This document shows, one piece after another, positions 21,601-31,400 of a DNA stretch of 64,000 nt. The translations under genes and the position numbers were made by a program. The stretch spans positions 1-64,000 of the forward strand of contig VRVR01000031.1 in the NCBI GenBank assembly GCA_009859145.1, given 5' to 3'. Origin of the DNA: Andalucia godoyi And28 (lineage: Eukaryota > Protista > Jakobida). Numbering within the stretch: position 1 is the stretch's first letter; each line of letters begins with the position of its first letter. The notes beneath the pieces were generated by a model. That model was not told where the DNA came from. It worked only from the letters and a program-made list of their open reading frames with translations, and made no database searches.

Positions 21601-23251
21601 TGACCGTCACACAAACGGGAGCGAGATCATGAGGATTCTGCAGCGCTGGACTGCAGCCAGAGAGATGAAGGCTGTGGTTGAACGAAATTCCCAGGCAATC
21701 AGAACATGCCAAACCAGTGCAGTGATACGGACAAAAGTCAAACAACTGAGTTGGCGGTGCAGGGACGAACACCGGTATGCCAGTCTGGTCTATGGGAACA
21801 CACGAAAACGATGAATCTCCCGGCGATGCATTCGACTGCAATTGGGCCCACATGCAGCCGGAGAGATGAAGAAGCAGATCAAAAGACAAACGGACACATT
21901 GGGAACAGGTGTACGTCGAGCATGGGCGTGGACAATAATCAAAAAGAGCATCAGGTGGTGCATCATCCACGAAAACCGGGATGCCCTGGCCGTCAACAGG
22001 AACGCATATCGGTGCCACGTCAGACATGTGCTGGACAGCCGGCTTGCATCCCGAATGATGAGCCGATTCATTAAACATGACTTGCAAACAGGATTGGCAA
22101 CTTTGGGAGCTGCATGGATACGGACAAAAGTCAAACACGCGTGATGGAGCCTGACTCACAAAAACGGGATGCCCGGTATCGTCGACTGCGGTACAAGCAT
22201 ACGACATTTGTGCTGTACCAAACTGCGACCACAAACACCCAGAAGTTTGCGCCGTGTGGTTGAACGGTATTCGGACACAACTGTCACAGGAAACAATGCC
22301 AGTACACCCAGCTGGGCAGAAATTAAATATCTGAAGAAACTGGCCAAAGAAGTACACGGGTTGTCCCACAGCATCCGCAGGAACACACGTGGGTTGCAGA
22401 TCTCCTTGCTGCGCCAACGTCACTGCACACCCTGACAAATTCTGTGCTCTGTCGAACGGGGTTCGCAGGCATGAAGAACACGCCAGAGTGGAGCAAGCAG
22501 TTCTGGGGCAAAAATCCAATCCAAAAAACTCCTGCACGGGCGAATCAATTCGGTCACAGAGACTGCCATCCGGCGCAACGCGGTTGCAAATCTCCATGAC
22601 AGTGGCCGCATTCGATCCATAGTAGAATCCACAAAAGGCATTCTGATCTCCGACACAACGCTGCACACACGCGGCGCAGCTCGCGGACCTTTGAGGTGCT
22701 GTTCGAACCGTCACGGACCATTCGACGGTAGCATCCAACGTTGCGTCGAAACAAGAAAATGAAGCCGTCCACACATCGGTGAAGGAACAGGGAGTGTCTG
22801 CGGTCGACGATTTCGTATCGCATGTATATCCCTCGTACGACCCGATTCCAGACACCGTGAACGTCACGGGTGCTCCCGTGCTAGGAACAGAGCTGCCCGG
22901 TGGAGAAACAGGGTCGTCGGCATGCAGTGGGCAGGGGCTTGTCGAGACAGAAAGAGTGACGGAAGGCATCCACACTCCGGACTCGGAAGCAGGACCCATG
23001 TAACATATCAGCCAAGTCTTGGTCGACGCTGGCGGGATGCAGTTACTCTGAGGAGGAAGTGGATTCGCCACGAGGCAATTCGCTCCGGAGCCCGCGCAAC
23101 TCAACACAACCGAAAGCGAATCGGGAGAATCATTCACAATGGAGAGTTTGTTCAGCTTTGAATCCGAACACTGGGATTGTGCGCCAAGCACACTCTTCAA
23201 TACGCACGACAACCCAGCCACCCACAACAGCCAAACCAGTGTCGAGGGCAT
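18698..23251 (-). CDS. Large cell-surface protein: signal peptide, ~10 tandem 6-Cys PSI-like repeats, multipass membrane C-terminus
   Basis: MPSTLVWLLWVAGLSCVL signal peptide at ATG 23251. Repeat consensus Cx3-4CxxCxxxxF...SGC...CVPxDxxGxPVF...FDFCP. At least five hydrophobic helices after FSDQMTPAKVF, plus further ones near the end. Confidence 0.8.
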   Translation of the reverse strand: MPSTLVWLLWVAGLSCVLKSVLGAQSQCSDSKLNKLSIVNDSPDSLSVVLSCAGSGANCLVANPLPPQSNCIPPASTKTWLICYMGPASESGVWMPSVTLSVSTSPCPLHADDPVSPPGSSVPSTGAPVTFTVSGIGSYEGYTCDTKSSTADTPCSFTDVWTASFSCFDATLDATVEWSVTVRTAPQRSASCAACVQRCVGDQNAFCGFYYGSNAATVMEICNRVAPDGSLCDRIDSPVQEFFGLDFCPRTACSTLACSSCLRTPFDRAQNLSGCAVTLAQQGDLQPTCVPADAVGQPVYFFGQFLQIFNFCPAGCTGIVSCDSCVRIPFNHTAQTSGCLWSQFGTAQMSYACTAVDDTGHPVFVSQAPSRVFDFCPYPCSSQSCQSCLQVMFNESAHHSGCKPAVQHMSDVAPICVPVDGQGIPVFVDDAPPDALFDYCPRPCSTYTCSQCVRLSFDLLLHLSGCMWAQLQSNASPGDSSFSCVPIDQTGIPVFVPAPPTQLFDFCPYHCTGLACSDCLGISFNHSLHLSGCSPALQNPHDLAPVCVTVNADRQPVFITGPLPDRLVDFCPRNCSSFSCSSCLGNPFDEVRHLSGCAVITFSNDTVKPHCVPTDANAQAIFAGPGDVRRYYPFCPFSCQSLPASNSLACTRCVSVPFNSSASLSGCAYVPDKSNRGVVNGTCEPVDAQGNVVFSNRIGARSFPVCPRNCSLDVLLDNGTLIITSGAPGDSSNSTTSQQAPPCIQCMDRSHQPIMAVSPDGRGLISVDHLFSICLWHDPTLSMSLSLGGCIPGVVDAAAPLGVLPMDPSIRADRALPLCPTNSCSIFTTCESCTLSFVTNQNASNASSSYDAGCVWYRDSDLAKRASSFEVVSSCVPRFIFQGPNVFDRGNCPCAGFDHECAHCLAWQPQGRGLDCIFDVDAKVCLTVTSAWLPSADALPSDWNYMLPGLDAPLCGIQDSGRDFSDQMTPAKVFSWMIILSFIIGSTIVLVWERRKVGVLIGFGIGSIPSIVLVGVSVAGIAMSFASNVGRYAVLPDWHHQFSQIYSSFVSPIPAANQAVSPFVFFMTVFVFLIAYNVVIPYVALKLFLLKSKPSNSIFVHFTRGIPFVIFRFFSLLVTGSIFKFAVLAGVAPFQFYNPSFIAYLVFFILILGPLFLCMLSMHGLSLILVPLGTQPTFLRTLYSIYVWLPYHILRRICGLSFSESEARLIPEVDTSAQPIDPRNYGPSKASKKRSAPSETSPLIMPSTVPSEAVTDMRRMHDIQDSRASNVEKIVLLIESLFVSMIQVSESESPAAVQFRNDFTQFLDRMNRFLEKSGRDDVDARTVQELWNFLEEAISLFYRFLYTSICVEFHRADDRICEIENRNPSWFTKLRCLFDRFVVWLCLKLAASHLTAIRGVPKADLVDLFGGYCAPLLVVIPVVGPYLMLFSFIANASAVCYSQHWHETTSLQFATIDEVINYSADVVVNTVHSNLYMHPTGDIGGLARIMIIILCPFLIWIPPDSILSSAMHVFRFF
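21130..22505 (-). repeat. Seven clear intragenic tandem ~65-aa Cys-rich repeats, with diverged copies on both sides
   Basis: Recurrent SGC and F(D/N)FCP motifs in translation; related nucleotide segments near 21575, 21765, 21970 and 22160. Confidence 0.85.
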
Positions 23252-23952
23252 GTTTATTGAAACGCGGCAAATTTTACAGAGCAGAAACACAAAAATAGTA
23301 GACAACTCAGTCCACGGAGTTTTCGAATGAACGGAGGAGCGATGAACTATGCGGAGCATTCAACAAAGCACAAGTGGGAACTGTGAAGTGTTGCTCCATT
23401 GTAAGCATCAAGAGATGCAACGAAGTCGGCCGGACAAAGACAAAAACGGAGACGACAAAGCAGACTGTCCTCATTCATCTCACACACAAGAGCACTTGTC
23501 CGTCATTATTTTCCTAGGCGGTGACACGAACAGTAAGTTACTGCATCAAATCGCCGGTCCGACCAACCGACGGTTACACAAACAATTTGCACCAGATTCA
23601 ACCTTAACAACCCTCGGAGATTTCCAAACTTGTCTCAGTCTCATGATCAATGTTTGTTCCGGACGCAGAGATGCAAGTCCTGCTGCGATCGCAGGATGGA
23701 ACTGTAACGAAACGTTATTTCGCATGAATGATGAATCTCACTGCAGAATGCATAACACCATTCTTGGACATTGAGATCTGCTCACACTGCCAGCTGTTTC
23801 CCGCAAATGGATGGATCTCTGCAGAACTTGGGAGATTGCCTCTGCGAAAACAGCTGTTGATAGAGCTTGACGTCGTATCGACTGACCTACATCCCTCTCC
23901 TTGGATTGTTGCAAATTGAAAACTCAACAATCTCAAAGGGCCGACCGTCATA

Positions 23953-24027
23953 CATCTCTTCATGGTCGTTCGACCGGTTCTAAATTTACGGCTGCCAAGC
24001 CACGATTGCATGTGTCTCGCCTGCCAC
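23953..24027 (+). repeat. Left terminal inverted repeat
   Basis: Reverse complement of 26319-26393 except one base (aagcc vs gagcc). Confidence 0.95.
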
Positions 24028-24184
24028 TTGATGCTGTTCGAGTCGGGTGACGCAATGCTTCTTTTACAGCAATTTTGGTTAAAAAAATTCAAAACAGTCG
24101 AAATTCGAAACGCAACTTTGCGATCTAGTTAACATTTATTGCAGTTCGTCAATCAGCAAAAAGAAAAAAGAATAGAAGAACTGG

Positions 24185-26137
24185 TCAATCAGTCGTCATC
24201 ATCGTCGTCATTGCCTGCGTTGACATTCCGTTTGGATTTTGTTCAGGGGCATGCTTGTCGTGGAGAGTCGCCGCAATCTCCTTTGCTGGTCCCTGGCTGG
24301 ATTCTGCCTCTTTCACGGCTTCTCGCTCGGCGTCGAGCCCAGCATCCGCTTGTGCAGTGATCGCTTCGGGCAAATATTCGATGCCCCACTCTTTGAATTT
24401 CGCGATTGCTGCAGCTTCCTTCTCGTCGCCGGTGTGCACATGATCGAGTATTCTTCGGGACGAAACGGGGAGCTGATTGATTGAATCTCCAAAAAATGAC
24501 AGCGCGTGTTCCCAAGCCCCCCTGATCTGAGATTCCTGTATGAGTTCGAATGACTCACAAATCAAGTCTACTATGTCCTCCTTTTTGTGTGGGACGACAG
24601 TTGCCAACACCTGCGTGAAATAGTATTTCCATACGCTGAAAACTTCTTCGCAGGGGTCCAAAAACGGCGAATACGGCGGCAAGAAGCTGACTTCCAACTC
24701 GGGCGGAATCGAGGACAGCACAGCTTGTGACTTGTGTATCGAGCAGTTATCATGGATAATGAGCTGCTTCGTTCCATCTTTCCGCGGCAGTGCTCCTTTT
24801 TCATGAAGTTCGCTGCACATGTTTTTCAGAAAATTTGCGTAAGTTTGCCCATTGACTCCGCCCTCGAAGCATTCGAAATATACAATTCTCGTCCTGTTCA
24901 CCGCCGCAATCAATGAAACATTTGGAAGGGAGATGTGGCCGATCGGTAGAAGCGGTCTGCAACCACGAACAGTTATTTCCTTAGTGGGCAGGACGCACGC
25001 ATTGAATGGTGTTTCGTCGATGAAAATAGCATTGTCGTACGCCTGTCTTTTTTCAATGCACATCAGCGATGCGTACTGGAATCTGGCCTCGATGTTTTTG
25101 GGCAAATTTCTGCTGAGCGGAATAGGATAAAAGTCAGCTGCACGAAACCCTAGAGTACCATGCATCCAGTGTTCCAAGGTCTGCGCTGCGAGCTGAGGAT
25201 CATGTCCTCGGAGTTCTGGAAATTTGGATTGCAAGAGCAATACCATGTTTTTGTAGTGGAGCTTATTGTCAATTTCAAACTGTCTGGCAGCCCACAGAAG
25301 GTGGTCGTCCGTGAACGTTCGCGGACGTCGAGATTTTGGGTTTTCTGACCCGTGCGGCAGTTCTGTGGTGGGATCCTCACCACGCTCCCAGCGTTTTCGC
25401 ATGCGATAGTAAGTTCTTCTGAGAGTAGATTCCTTGTGTTGCAACAGAGCTGCAAGTTCCTTGACCGGCATTTTTTGTCTCGACAAACTGCGCCATATGA
25501 GCTCCTTGTCTCTCTGACAAATGGAGTCTTTCGGATTCGGTATCGCGCTCGATTGACCGCCTTCAGGTTTTGTGCTGGTTTCCTCATTCTCCTTATTCTC
25601 TTCCATGTCTTCCAGCGCTGTTTTCATGAGAAATTGTCTGACTCCAGCTTGAGACGTGTTATGCTGGGCTTGCATCACTGCTTCTTCTTTTTCACGGGCC
25701 TTCTGCTCGTGTTGAGCATCCCTTAACTCCTTCCTTTTCTGTGATCGGGATTTGAAGTCTTGCAATTGTGTGTGCTCAAGTTCTGGGAATTTATCTTGTA
25801 CAAGAGGCGGCACACGGTCTGGAGCTGAGTGACTGAGAAACAATTGTCGCGACGTACCGTGAGGTACAGCTTGCCGTTCCAGAACATCGATTTCCTTCAC
25901 ATTTTTCCTGTTGATGATCGGAGCTTTCACGGGATTGTTTGCGGAATCCTGGTTCAAAACAACAGGCGGAACACGCGGCATCCGGTTTTCGCGCTGCATT
26001 TGTTCTTGCAGAGCACTCGGAACATCGGGTATCGGAATCGTGGACAGCGAGCTTAGACCGTCGGTGAGTGCCATGGCTTTTTTCCATGCTCTGTATGGCT
26101 CAAATTTCTCGTTTTCCTGCGAAGGTTCCATGTTCAC
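24185..26137 (-). CDS. DDE transposase, IS630/Tc1 type, with a long N-terminal extension
   Basis: IFIDET, IIHDNCSIHK, FLPPYSPFLDPCEE; 33 residues lie between the second D and the first E. Candidate HTH at MPVKELAALLQHKESTLRRTYYR. Confidence 0.93.
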   Translation of the reverse strand: MNMEPSQENEKFEPYRAWKKAMALTDGLSSLSTIPIPDVPSALQEQMQRENRMPRVPPVVLNQDSANNPVKAPIINRKNVKEIDVLERQAVPHGTSRQLFLSHSAPDRVPPLVQDKFPELEHTQLQDFKSRSQKRKELRDAQHEQKAREKEEAVMQAQHNTSQAGVRQFLMKTALEDMEENKENEETSTKPEGGQSSAIPNPKDSICQRDKELIWRSLSRQKMPVKELAALLQHKESTLRRTYYRMRKRWERGEDPTTELPHGSENPKSRRPRTFTDDHLLWAARQFEIDNKLHYKNMVLLLQSKFPELRGHDPQLAAQTLEHWMHGTLGFRAADFYPIPLSRNLPKNIEARFQYASLMCIEKRQAYDNAIFIDETPFNACVLPTKEITVRGCRPLLPIGHISLPNVSLIAAVNRTRIVYFECFEGGVNGQTYANFLKNMCSELHEKGALPRKDGTKQLIIHDNCSIHKSQAVLSSIPPELEVSFLPPYSPFLDPCEEVFSVWKYYFTQVLATVVPHKKEDIVDLICESFELIQESQIRGAWEHALSFFGDSINQLPVSSRRILDHVHTGDEKEAAAIAKFKEWGIEYLPEAITAQADAGLDAEREAVKEAESSQGPAKEIAATLHDKHAPEQNPNGMSTQAMTTMMTTD

Positions 26138-26318
26138 TGCTGACTTCAGATGGGATATCCACCAGCACTAAATGAACGAACGCTGAGAAACAAGAAAAAA
26201 GAAGTTGTGGAATCTGGAACGTTTGTGATTGGACCACTTGGCGAGCGGCGGGAAGTCAATTTTAAAATAGAAAGAGGCGGGAACATAGCATCAAGTGGCA
26301 GGTGAGACACACGCAATC

Positions 26319-26393
26319 GTGGCAGGCGAGACACATGCAATCGTGGCTCGGCAGCCGTAAATTTAGAACCGGTCGAACGACCATGAAGAGATG
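26319..26393 (-). repeat. Right terminal inverted repeat, preceded by an extra 24-bp subterminal copy (26295-26318)
   Basis: GTGGCAGGTGAGACACACGCAATC is directly followed by GTGGCAGGCGAGACACATGCAATC. Confidence 0.93.
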
Positions 26394-26556
26394 TAACAAT
26401 CCATGATGTTTGGGTGTAAAAAGACTTGGATGTGGGCCGCGTGAGAGTGAAGGACTGTGGAAAGAGTGACTCAGATCCTGCTGCCTAGCACACTCTTCCT
26501 CTTGTATACGATTGTTGTGAAAAAGAAGACTCAGCTAACTACATATTTTGAGTGAA

Positions 26557-28356
26557 ATGCTAGCACGCAGTAGCGCTGGACAAGACGTTGGTCAATACGA
26601 TGAGCGTTTGACCCCACATCAGAATCGACTGCCTCGCACGGCGCAGATGCTGATGCCGATGCCACGGCCAGCGACATCCATAATCCCTGATCCCCCTTCT
26701 GTTACGAACGGTGATGAACCGGATGAACATGTAGAAATGAAGAGTCGTCAGTATCGAGCTTCTGTCCGTCGCCAAACAACACCACTTCGAAAATATCTTG
26801 ATTCTGATGAAGAAGATAGCGATGCCCCAGGTGTAAATACAGTTACTCAATCTGTTTCCGCAATACGGGTCGATGTTCAGGTACTTTCTCCAAAGCGGGC
26901 AAATGTCACGCACGATATTGTTGGGTTTCAGCGACAGTTAGCTATCCTGCAGCGATCAGTGCTGATGCAAAGCCACATGGAGCCGAATGTGAAAATATCC
27001 GCACAGCTGCTTCTACAGGAGGTGGATCAGATGATTGGCAATGTTTGTGATGCAGTTCAGTCTGCTGCAGAGTCGGATGATGTTATCACAACTTTAGTGG
27101 AGTGTGCTATCCGAACTGCTTCGGAGACCATGCGATCCGTTGCTGCTGTTGCAAGACATGATTGCAATGACGTCATTCACGAGGCCGAGCAACAAGCAAC
27201 CGAGAGTTGCGTATATGATGACAAGGACCATATGTTTAGCAGTATCGGATCGCGGATCCACCTGCGGCGCGGCCACGACGGTCGTCTGGAGACCGAATTA
27301 TCCACGATGTCGAGCATGCCGAAGCAATCCATCTGTAGACCAACGGAGCGTGTAGCAGATGTGTCGGCTGGATCGACGGTCCGGTTCGACGATGTGCTGG
27401 AGCTGTTCTCTGACGTCTCTAAGCTTAAGGAGAATCTCGTCGCTATCCGGTCTTGCGTGAATGCACGGTCCATTGAATGCTTTACAGCCGCACGAGCAGT
27501 GGTCGCCGAGGTGCGGCAGCAGTGCCAGTCCATCTTGGTGGACGTGCACTCTGCTGAGAAGGATGCGCAAGCGGCTGTTGTAGATGCTCGGAACCAGGCT
27601 TCGGATGTGCTACGCGCGCAGCGACAGTTGCGAGAAGAGAAAGAGCAGACCATTTGTGCTGCAAAAACGTTCATGGAAGTTTCTCATGGAAAACTTCTCC
27701 AGCAGTTGGAAGACATTCGACGGCTGGATGCGAAGTTCGCCAAAGTGAGGGCAGAACTCGGTCCGCGCTGCACGGTCTTTGTGATCGACTGCTCGGGGTC
27801 TATGATGGGTGCAAGCCTGGACGCTGTGAAAGAAGCTTGTCAGTCGTACTGCAAGTTCCGACAGAGCCTTGAGGAAGGAAATGCGGGGAAGGACTCAGTT
27901 ATGGTGGTGCGGTTCTCGCACGAAGCTGAAGTGCACTTGCCGTATGGGATGCTAGCAGACCTTGACAGAGTGGTTGCAGGATTGGATGCCGACGGAGGCA
28001 CCAACTTTGACAGCGCAATGGCAGTAACACTTGTGCAGATGTCGCGAATCAGTTTCAAGCTGCAGGACATGCGCACTGTAGTCATCTTTCTTTCGGATGG
28101 AGAGAGCAGCGTGTGCACGGCGGAAAGGGACGTGAAGGAGATCATGCGCTTGTCACCGCTTGCAGGCCGCATTCGATTCCATTCGGTGCTGTTTGGCACG
28201 GACACGGTCTCGTCTGCGCCGCTGCACAATCTCGCCAACGCCGCATTGGAAGTGGCGGCTGCCTCGTTGTCTTCTTTCGGTATGGCCAGTTCTTTCGAGC
28301 GCACCATCGACGGTGTCATGTTGAAAGATCTGTTCGTTCGCATGGCAGAATCCTGA
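26557..28356 (+). CDS. Coiled-coil protein with a C-terminal vWA domain and intact MIDAS site
   Basis: FVIDCSGSM (DxSxS), VVRFS, GGTNFDSAM (T), IFLSDGE (D). Predicted coiled coil upstream (AQRQLREEKEQ...LQQLEDIRRL). Confidence 0.88.
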   Translation: MLARSSAGQDVGQYDERLTPHQNRLPRTAQMLMPMPRPATSIIPDPPSVTNGDEPDEHVEMKSRQYRASVRRQTTPLRKYLDSDEEDSDAPGVNTVTQSVSAIRVDVQVLSPKRANVTHDIVGFQRQLAILQRSVLMQSHMEPNVKISAQLLLQEVDQMIGNVCDAVQSAAESDDVITTLVECAIRTASETMRSVAAVARHDCNDVIHEAEQQATESCVYDDKDHMFSSIGSRIHLRRGHDGRLETELSTMSSMPKQSICRPTERVADVSAGSTVRFDDVLELFSDVSKLKENLVAIRSCVNARSIECFTAARAVVAEVRQQCQSILVDVHSAEKDAQAAVVDARNQASDVLRAQRQLREEKEQTICAAKTFMEVSHGKLLQQLEDIRRLDAKFAKVRAELGPRCTVFVIDCSGSMMGASLDAVKEACQSYCKFRQSLEEGNAGKDSVMVVRFSHEAEVHLPYGMLADLDRVVAGLDADGGTNFDSAMAVTLVQMSRISFKLQDMRTVVIFLSDGESSVCTAERDVKEIMRLSPLAGRIRFHSVLFGTDTVSSAPLHNLANAALEVAAASLSSFGMASSFERTIDGVMLKDLFVRMAES

Positions 28357-28425
28357 TCCAAAACAATAAAAGAAGTGTACAACGAAAATCTTTTATCATC
28401 AATGCAACAAGAGCTGTGGTCTTTT

Positions 28426-31400
28426 TCATGCCATGTCGTCAAAATCATCCAGGACTTCCCTGCGAACGGTTTTAGGCTTAGTCTGTACTTTGGGCTTGCC
28501 CATTGGAGGTCCGGCGCGCGGAATACCTGGAGTATGCGAAAAAGAAGCAGAAGCAGAAGAACCAGGAGTAGGATGATTATTGCCTGAACCAACAGAAGAT
28601 GAGGATTCGGGATTGGGATCCAGGGAAAGAGAAGAGAATGCAGCCGACATGGAGGTTTCCGATTCGTGCAAAGCAACCGCGCCTTGCTGCTCAATAACTT
28701 CGTCGAGCAAAGCAAACGATTGTGCGAGGTGTCTCAGCAAGAGATTCCCCGGCAAATCCGAGAAGATACCGGCATCCGCATCTCCCGGCAGGAAGATTTG
28801 GAACGTCTCTGAAGCAAACACGTACGAAAGCGGCATGGTTGGCGGAATTGGGCACGGATCGGTGGACAGATATCGTACAGCAGTTCGACACATTCCCGAT
28901 TTGAGCATTTGCTGTTGCGCGGGTGTGAGACGACTGGTGAAGAATTCCGTTGCTGATAAACGGGCGTCCTCAGGGAGATCGTCACGCACCGCAGGGTTGT
29001 TATCCACAAGCGACAAACCAATCGTGTCTTCGATCAGCTCAAACAGCGACACGATCTTGGAGACGCTTATCAAGGCTACATGCGACGTCTGGAAGAAATG
29101 GTCTCGATTAGCTACAAGAATGTCTTTGGCGAAATCTCTCAACATCACGGAAGGATCGGGATTGACGCGAAGAATTGTCGCAAAGACAGTGGCGAAAGTC
29201 TCGATCAGCGTGGCTGGCACCATGCACTTTTTCGTGAACTCCTCCTTCACAAGTGCAACTTCTGTGATCGTTAAGGGTTCCTGTTTGATCTTACGTTGTA
29301 CGGCGCGAACCACATTCTGCGAACCACCGAAAATCTCATCCGAGTACTGCACCTTCGTCAGATCGCTGACGTCGATGATTGCCTTGTTGCTCAGCAGGCT
29401 GGCACCGCTAACGTCCTCCGCAACTTCCCATTCGTAGGTAGTCAGCCGCCCGGCACCGTATTCGAGTCCCTGGTGAGACCACTCGCGGCATACTACAGCG
29501 ACGTGCTCGAAGCCGTCGCAGTGGATGATGTGATCCGTCGTGTTAATCTTCGCAAGTGGAACAACGGGGAACTTGCCGCCGCCATCTTCCAGAGACAGCC
29601 GCGGGAGAGACGTGAGGAAGCGCCCGACAGGAGGATCGATTTCCTGCAGCTGACGCAGAACATCGTTCTGCAGGTCGGCAAGCGCTTGGATGACGGCAGT
29701 GAGCACGATGCCTTCGTCACGATCATCGAACACGGCAAACGCGATGGTAGAATCGATGGTGATCTCGGGGGGCACCGGCACACGGGCAATGCACTGGAAG
29801 CGACGGACGAGCGGTGCCGCCTCCTTCCAAGCATTGGCGAATTCGTAAAACTGACCTCGCAACTGCGGATGATCTGCAAGCAACTGATTGAAGGTCATCG
29901 CCTTAGTGACACGTCGACTCGTTTTCTGATGCACGATGCTAGACACGGCGCGCGCAAACTCCAACACAGGCTGCAGCGCGCTTATTGTCTCCAACTTTTC
30001 GCACTTCGTGAACAGCAAGTTCAGCACAGGATATCTTTCGCGGCAGCCGGTAACGTTCATGAAGGAAGATTGTACGGCCTCATCGGAAGGTGAGTCACGC
30101 AGGCGCCAAACGGCAGGCCACATATCGGCTCTATAGTCAACATCCGCGATGTCATTATGGTTGCACTCTGCAATCTCCAACGGCAGTCGGGACTCAAATG
30201 CACGGTCCGTAATCGCCATGCGGCTCGCTGCCTCGAAATCACCAACCGCGCCCTGTGCCGACCCGTCGGCCATCAACGTGGTAAGCTCCTGTGAAAGAAG
30301 CATTTCCAGGCGGTCTCTTTCCGCTGCGCGTTTCAGCAGAGTGCAAGGAATAGTCTCAGCAGTCGAAAGGAGTTGCCGAATTGCAGAATGCACGAACACG
30401 CATGTGTTTGCAGGGGAAAGGTTAAGCAGCTCCGGAAGAACCTGCATGTCAGAGGCAATGTGGGCGCACAGCGATTCTAGAGGGACTGCGACACCCAGCG
30501 TTACGACAGGACGGTCGAGAAGAAGAGTCGGGATACACATCGACATGTGCAACAGCAGTCGAATGACGCGGAACTGGATGGCATTCATCCCCCGAACAGC
30601 ATCGAATTTGAAGAGCTTGGTTGGATCGATATTGACGTAGCCGGGCTTGATAGCTTCCTTTCCGAGGATCGCTGCAGCATTGTCTCTCGTCAACGGCGCT
30701 GCGTCGATTCGCGTGACACCGTTGCGGACAGTTCCGTAGCCGTTCACTGCACCGATGGGCTCTCCGCATATCGGGCACGTGCCGGTCTCAACCTGGTTGC
30801 CACAGTCATACACGAAATAAAGTCCACCACAATTGCAACGGTACCGCGTCACGCGGTCCGTCTCTTTGGAAAGTTGCGCCAACACCGCAACAATCTCGTC
30901 ATTTTCGGCAGCTGTGGGGAGGAACAGATCTGCCAAAACAGCTGACGAAATTTGTCCGCGTGCTAGACAGGCAAACAGTGACTGTAATCCTGGCTCAAAC
31001 AGATCAGCGGCCAGACGGAAAATGAGAGACGCAACTTGCGAGGAGAACACAAACGACGTACCGTTTTCAGGCACCTGTCCAGAAACCACGGCGAGCCAAT
31101 CAAAGCCCACAACGCGCGGATACTTGCAATCCACAATGTAAGACAGTGCTTTTCGGTAGGACGGGTCCAGCGCGTTGCGAAGGCCCACATCCTCGTTCAG
31201 CAGCCGACGCACCTCGGTTACGAACATATCCATCTCTTGTTGCACAGTTGGCCAGACCTGACCAATAGACCAGGTTCCCGCGAGGAAGAGGAATGTGGCG
31301 CGAACTCGGTCCGGATGCAAGAGATCTGGGATTCTAGCAATACTGCGGGTGGAAAGATAGTCAAGGAAAGTCGAGAAGGCATCCGTCACACCCGGGAGCG

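Larger units (their letters stand above)
23953..26393 (-). mobile_element. Apparently intact IS630-Tc1-mariner DNA transposon, 2,441 bp
   Basis: 75-bp TIRs (23953-24027 and 26319-26393, starting CATCTCTTCATGGTCGTTCG, one mismatch). TA on both flanks (23951-23952 and 26394-26395). Uninterrupted transposase ORF inside. Confidence 0.95.
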
